Notes under the pieces: model-generated
What the model was told of the DNA's origin: nothing
Databases searched by the model: none
Seen by the model: only the letters and a program-made list of their open reading frames with translations
Assembly: GCA_938084085.1 (NCBI GenBank)
Contig: CALKDV010000330.1
Span: 1 to 32,232, forward strand
Origin: an uncultured Nannocystaceae bacterium
Lineage (GTDB): Bacteria; Myxococcota_A; Polyangia; Nannocystales; Nannocystaceae
DNA: 32,232 bases
Direction: 5' to 3'
Part shown: positions 30,907 to 32,232 of the stretch, piece by piece
Layout of the letters: every line of letters begins with the position of its first letter
Position numbering within the stretch: position 1 is the first letter of the stretch
Made by a program: the position numbers and the translations under genes

Positions 30907-32016
30907 TCAACCCCGCGCGAAATCGTAAAAGTCAGCCCGCTCGAGAGGCGGCAGGAGAGGCGCGCGAAGTAGCAGGCTTCGCACCGCCCAGAATTCGGTG
31001 AACACGCGGTACTTGAGGGCAGTGGCGTCGAGGTACGCGACGCCCGCGGACCCACCCGTGCCTGTCCGTCTCCCGATCATCCGCTCAACCATTCGGGCGT
31101 GGCGCTGCCGAAAGATCGTGAAGCGCTGCTCAAGTTGCACGACGCTCTCCAGGATCTCCCGGGGCCAAGCGAGCAGCGGCAGCTCGCGGTAACTCTCGAT
31201 GAACACCAACGAGGCGCGCACCCGGCGAAGCCGCGTCCGATCTTGCTCGGGCTCCTCCTCCGCAGCGAGGAACTTTCGGGCCAACAACAGCTGCTTCTCG
31301 TAGCGTGTGCGAAGTCGGTCCGCGTCCTCTTCGGTCAACGCGAAGCCGATCGCACGATCTCGCTGCGTGTTCGCGTCTCGCTCCATCGCTCCGCAATACT
31401 TGTCGATGAAGTTGGACACCACCTCGTCATCCTCGGGCTGATCGGGCGTACTACCGTCGATGGGCGTTCGAAACAGCCAGTCCTCGAGCGCGCCCTTGAG
31501 GGACGGGACGTCACCGAGCCGCCGCTCCACTCGCTCTGAGGCGGGTGAGGGCCGACCGTCGGGATAACGGAGCGCCTGCATATACGCCTCGTTCCCAAGC
31601 GGGACCCGATCGCTCTCTTCAAGTCCCATCAAGATCTCAATCTCTCGAAGCTGCGCCGATTGAAATCCACTCGCCGGCGAGAGCTTGTCCCGAAAGCTCA
31701 GATAGTCACGAGTGGTCATTGTCTCCATCAACGCAAAGTGCTCGCTGAGCTGTCGAAACACCTCCCCTGCACGACGCAAACCGCGCGTCGCGGCGGACAA
31801 AGACTGCTCCGCCACATGGTCGGCAGCAAAGAGATCGCGGACATGCACAAGCTCGCGAATCGCGAGCTTGAACCACAGCTCATCGATTTGATGGACCGTG
31901 ATGAACAAAACTTCGTCGTTGCTCAAAGACGCGTCTGTCTCCTCACGCCCTGACTGCAACGCAAGCAACTCCTCGATCTTGATGTAATCCCAGTAGGTTG
32001 TGGGAGATTGACCCAT
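30907..32016 (-). CDS. kynA: Tryptophan 2,3-dioxygenase (long form)
   Basis: Track ORF 30907..32121; I prefer the ATG at 32016 (MGQSPTTYWDYIKIEELLALQSG). SNDEVLFITVHQIDELWFKLAIRELVHV and RRTGTGGSAGVAYLD match the conserved TDO motifs (HDE.LFI..HQ..ELWFK, G.GGS.G..YL). Confidence 0.88.
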   Translation of the reverse strand: MGQSPTTYWDYIKIEELLALQSGREETDASLSNDEVLFITVHQIDELWFKLAIRELVHVRDLFAADHVAEQSLSAATRGLRRAGEVFRQLSEHFALMETMTTRDYLSFRDKLSPASGFQSAQLREIEILMGLEESDRVPLGNEAYMQALRYPDGRPSPASERVERRLGDVPSLKGALEDWLFRTPIDGSTPDQPEDDEVVSNFIDKYCGAMERDANTQRDRAIGFALTEEDADRLRTRYEKQLLLARKFLAAEEEPEQDRTRLRRVRASLVFIESYRELPLLAWPREILESVVQLEQRFTIFRQRHARMVERMIGRRTGTGGSAGVAYLDATALKYRVFTEFWAVRSLLLRAPLLPPLERADFYDFARG

Positions 32017-32232
32017 AACGGGAACGCTGCCACTGAAGCGCACGCGCCGCAAGCAGGAACAATTAATCCCCTGCGAACCCCTCTCCTCGCGCGCGCCGAG
32101 CCTATGCGTGCCCCGCGACACCGCGTCGCCCGAGGCGACATCTTTGCACCACGAGCGCGCCTTGTGACCGCTGTAGATCCGCGTCAGCCTTTTAGCGGCG
32201 TCGCTACATGTGACCGCCCTTCACTCCAAGGT

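Overview
This is a high-GC, densely coding bacterial chromosomal segment. The gene content suggests a myxobacterium: an Oar/SusC-style TonB-dependent barrel, many Cys-rich or low-complexity lipoproteins, PEGA and FGE-sulfatase domain proteins, and a long-form tryptophan 2,3-dioxygenase. That taxonomic call is inference only. I support about 30 protein-coding genes. I could not find any rRNA, tRNA, CRISPR array, transposase or integrase by eye.

Recognisable genes:
- secA: truncated by the left edge and absent from the supplied ORF track.
- An S66 LD-carboxypeptidase, a fused ABC exporter and a HAD hydrolase.
- A DASS anion symporter, recQ and an M49 (DPP III-like) lipoprotein.
- A YkgJ-type Cys-cluster protein, an SSS symporter with its small DUF3311-like partner, and kynA.

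The most striking unit is a six-gene minus-strand cluster at 4344-12054. It runs tonB-exbB-exbD-exbD, then a 1176-aa CarboxypepD_reg-type TonB-dependent barrel with a roughly 130-aa acidic DW-repeat N-terminal extension. The last gene is a (Gly-Asp)11-tethered beta-helix lipoprotein of unknown function.

Other candidates for uncharacterised biology:
- A translationally coupled tandem pair of paralogous secreted proteins (12801-14770).
- A coupled DUF3311-SSS-FGE-sulfatase lipoprotein operon (26731-30031).
- An orphan FtsH-like M41 protease domain next to the YkgJ-like gene (25111-26824).

All functional calls rest on motif recognition in the translations. No database search was possible.
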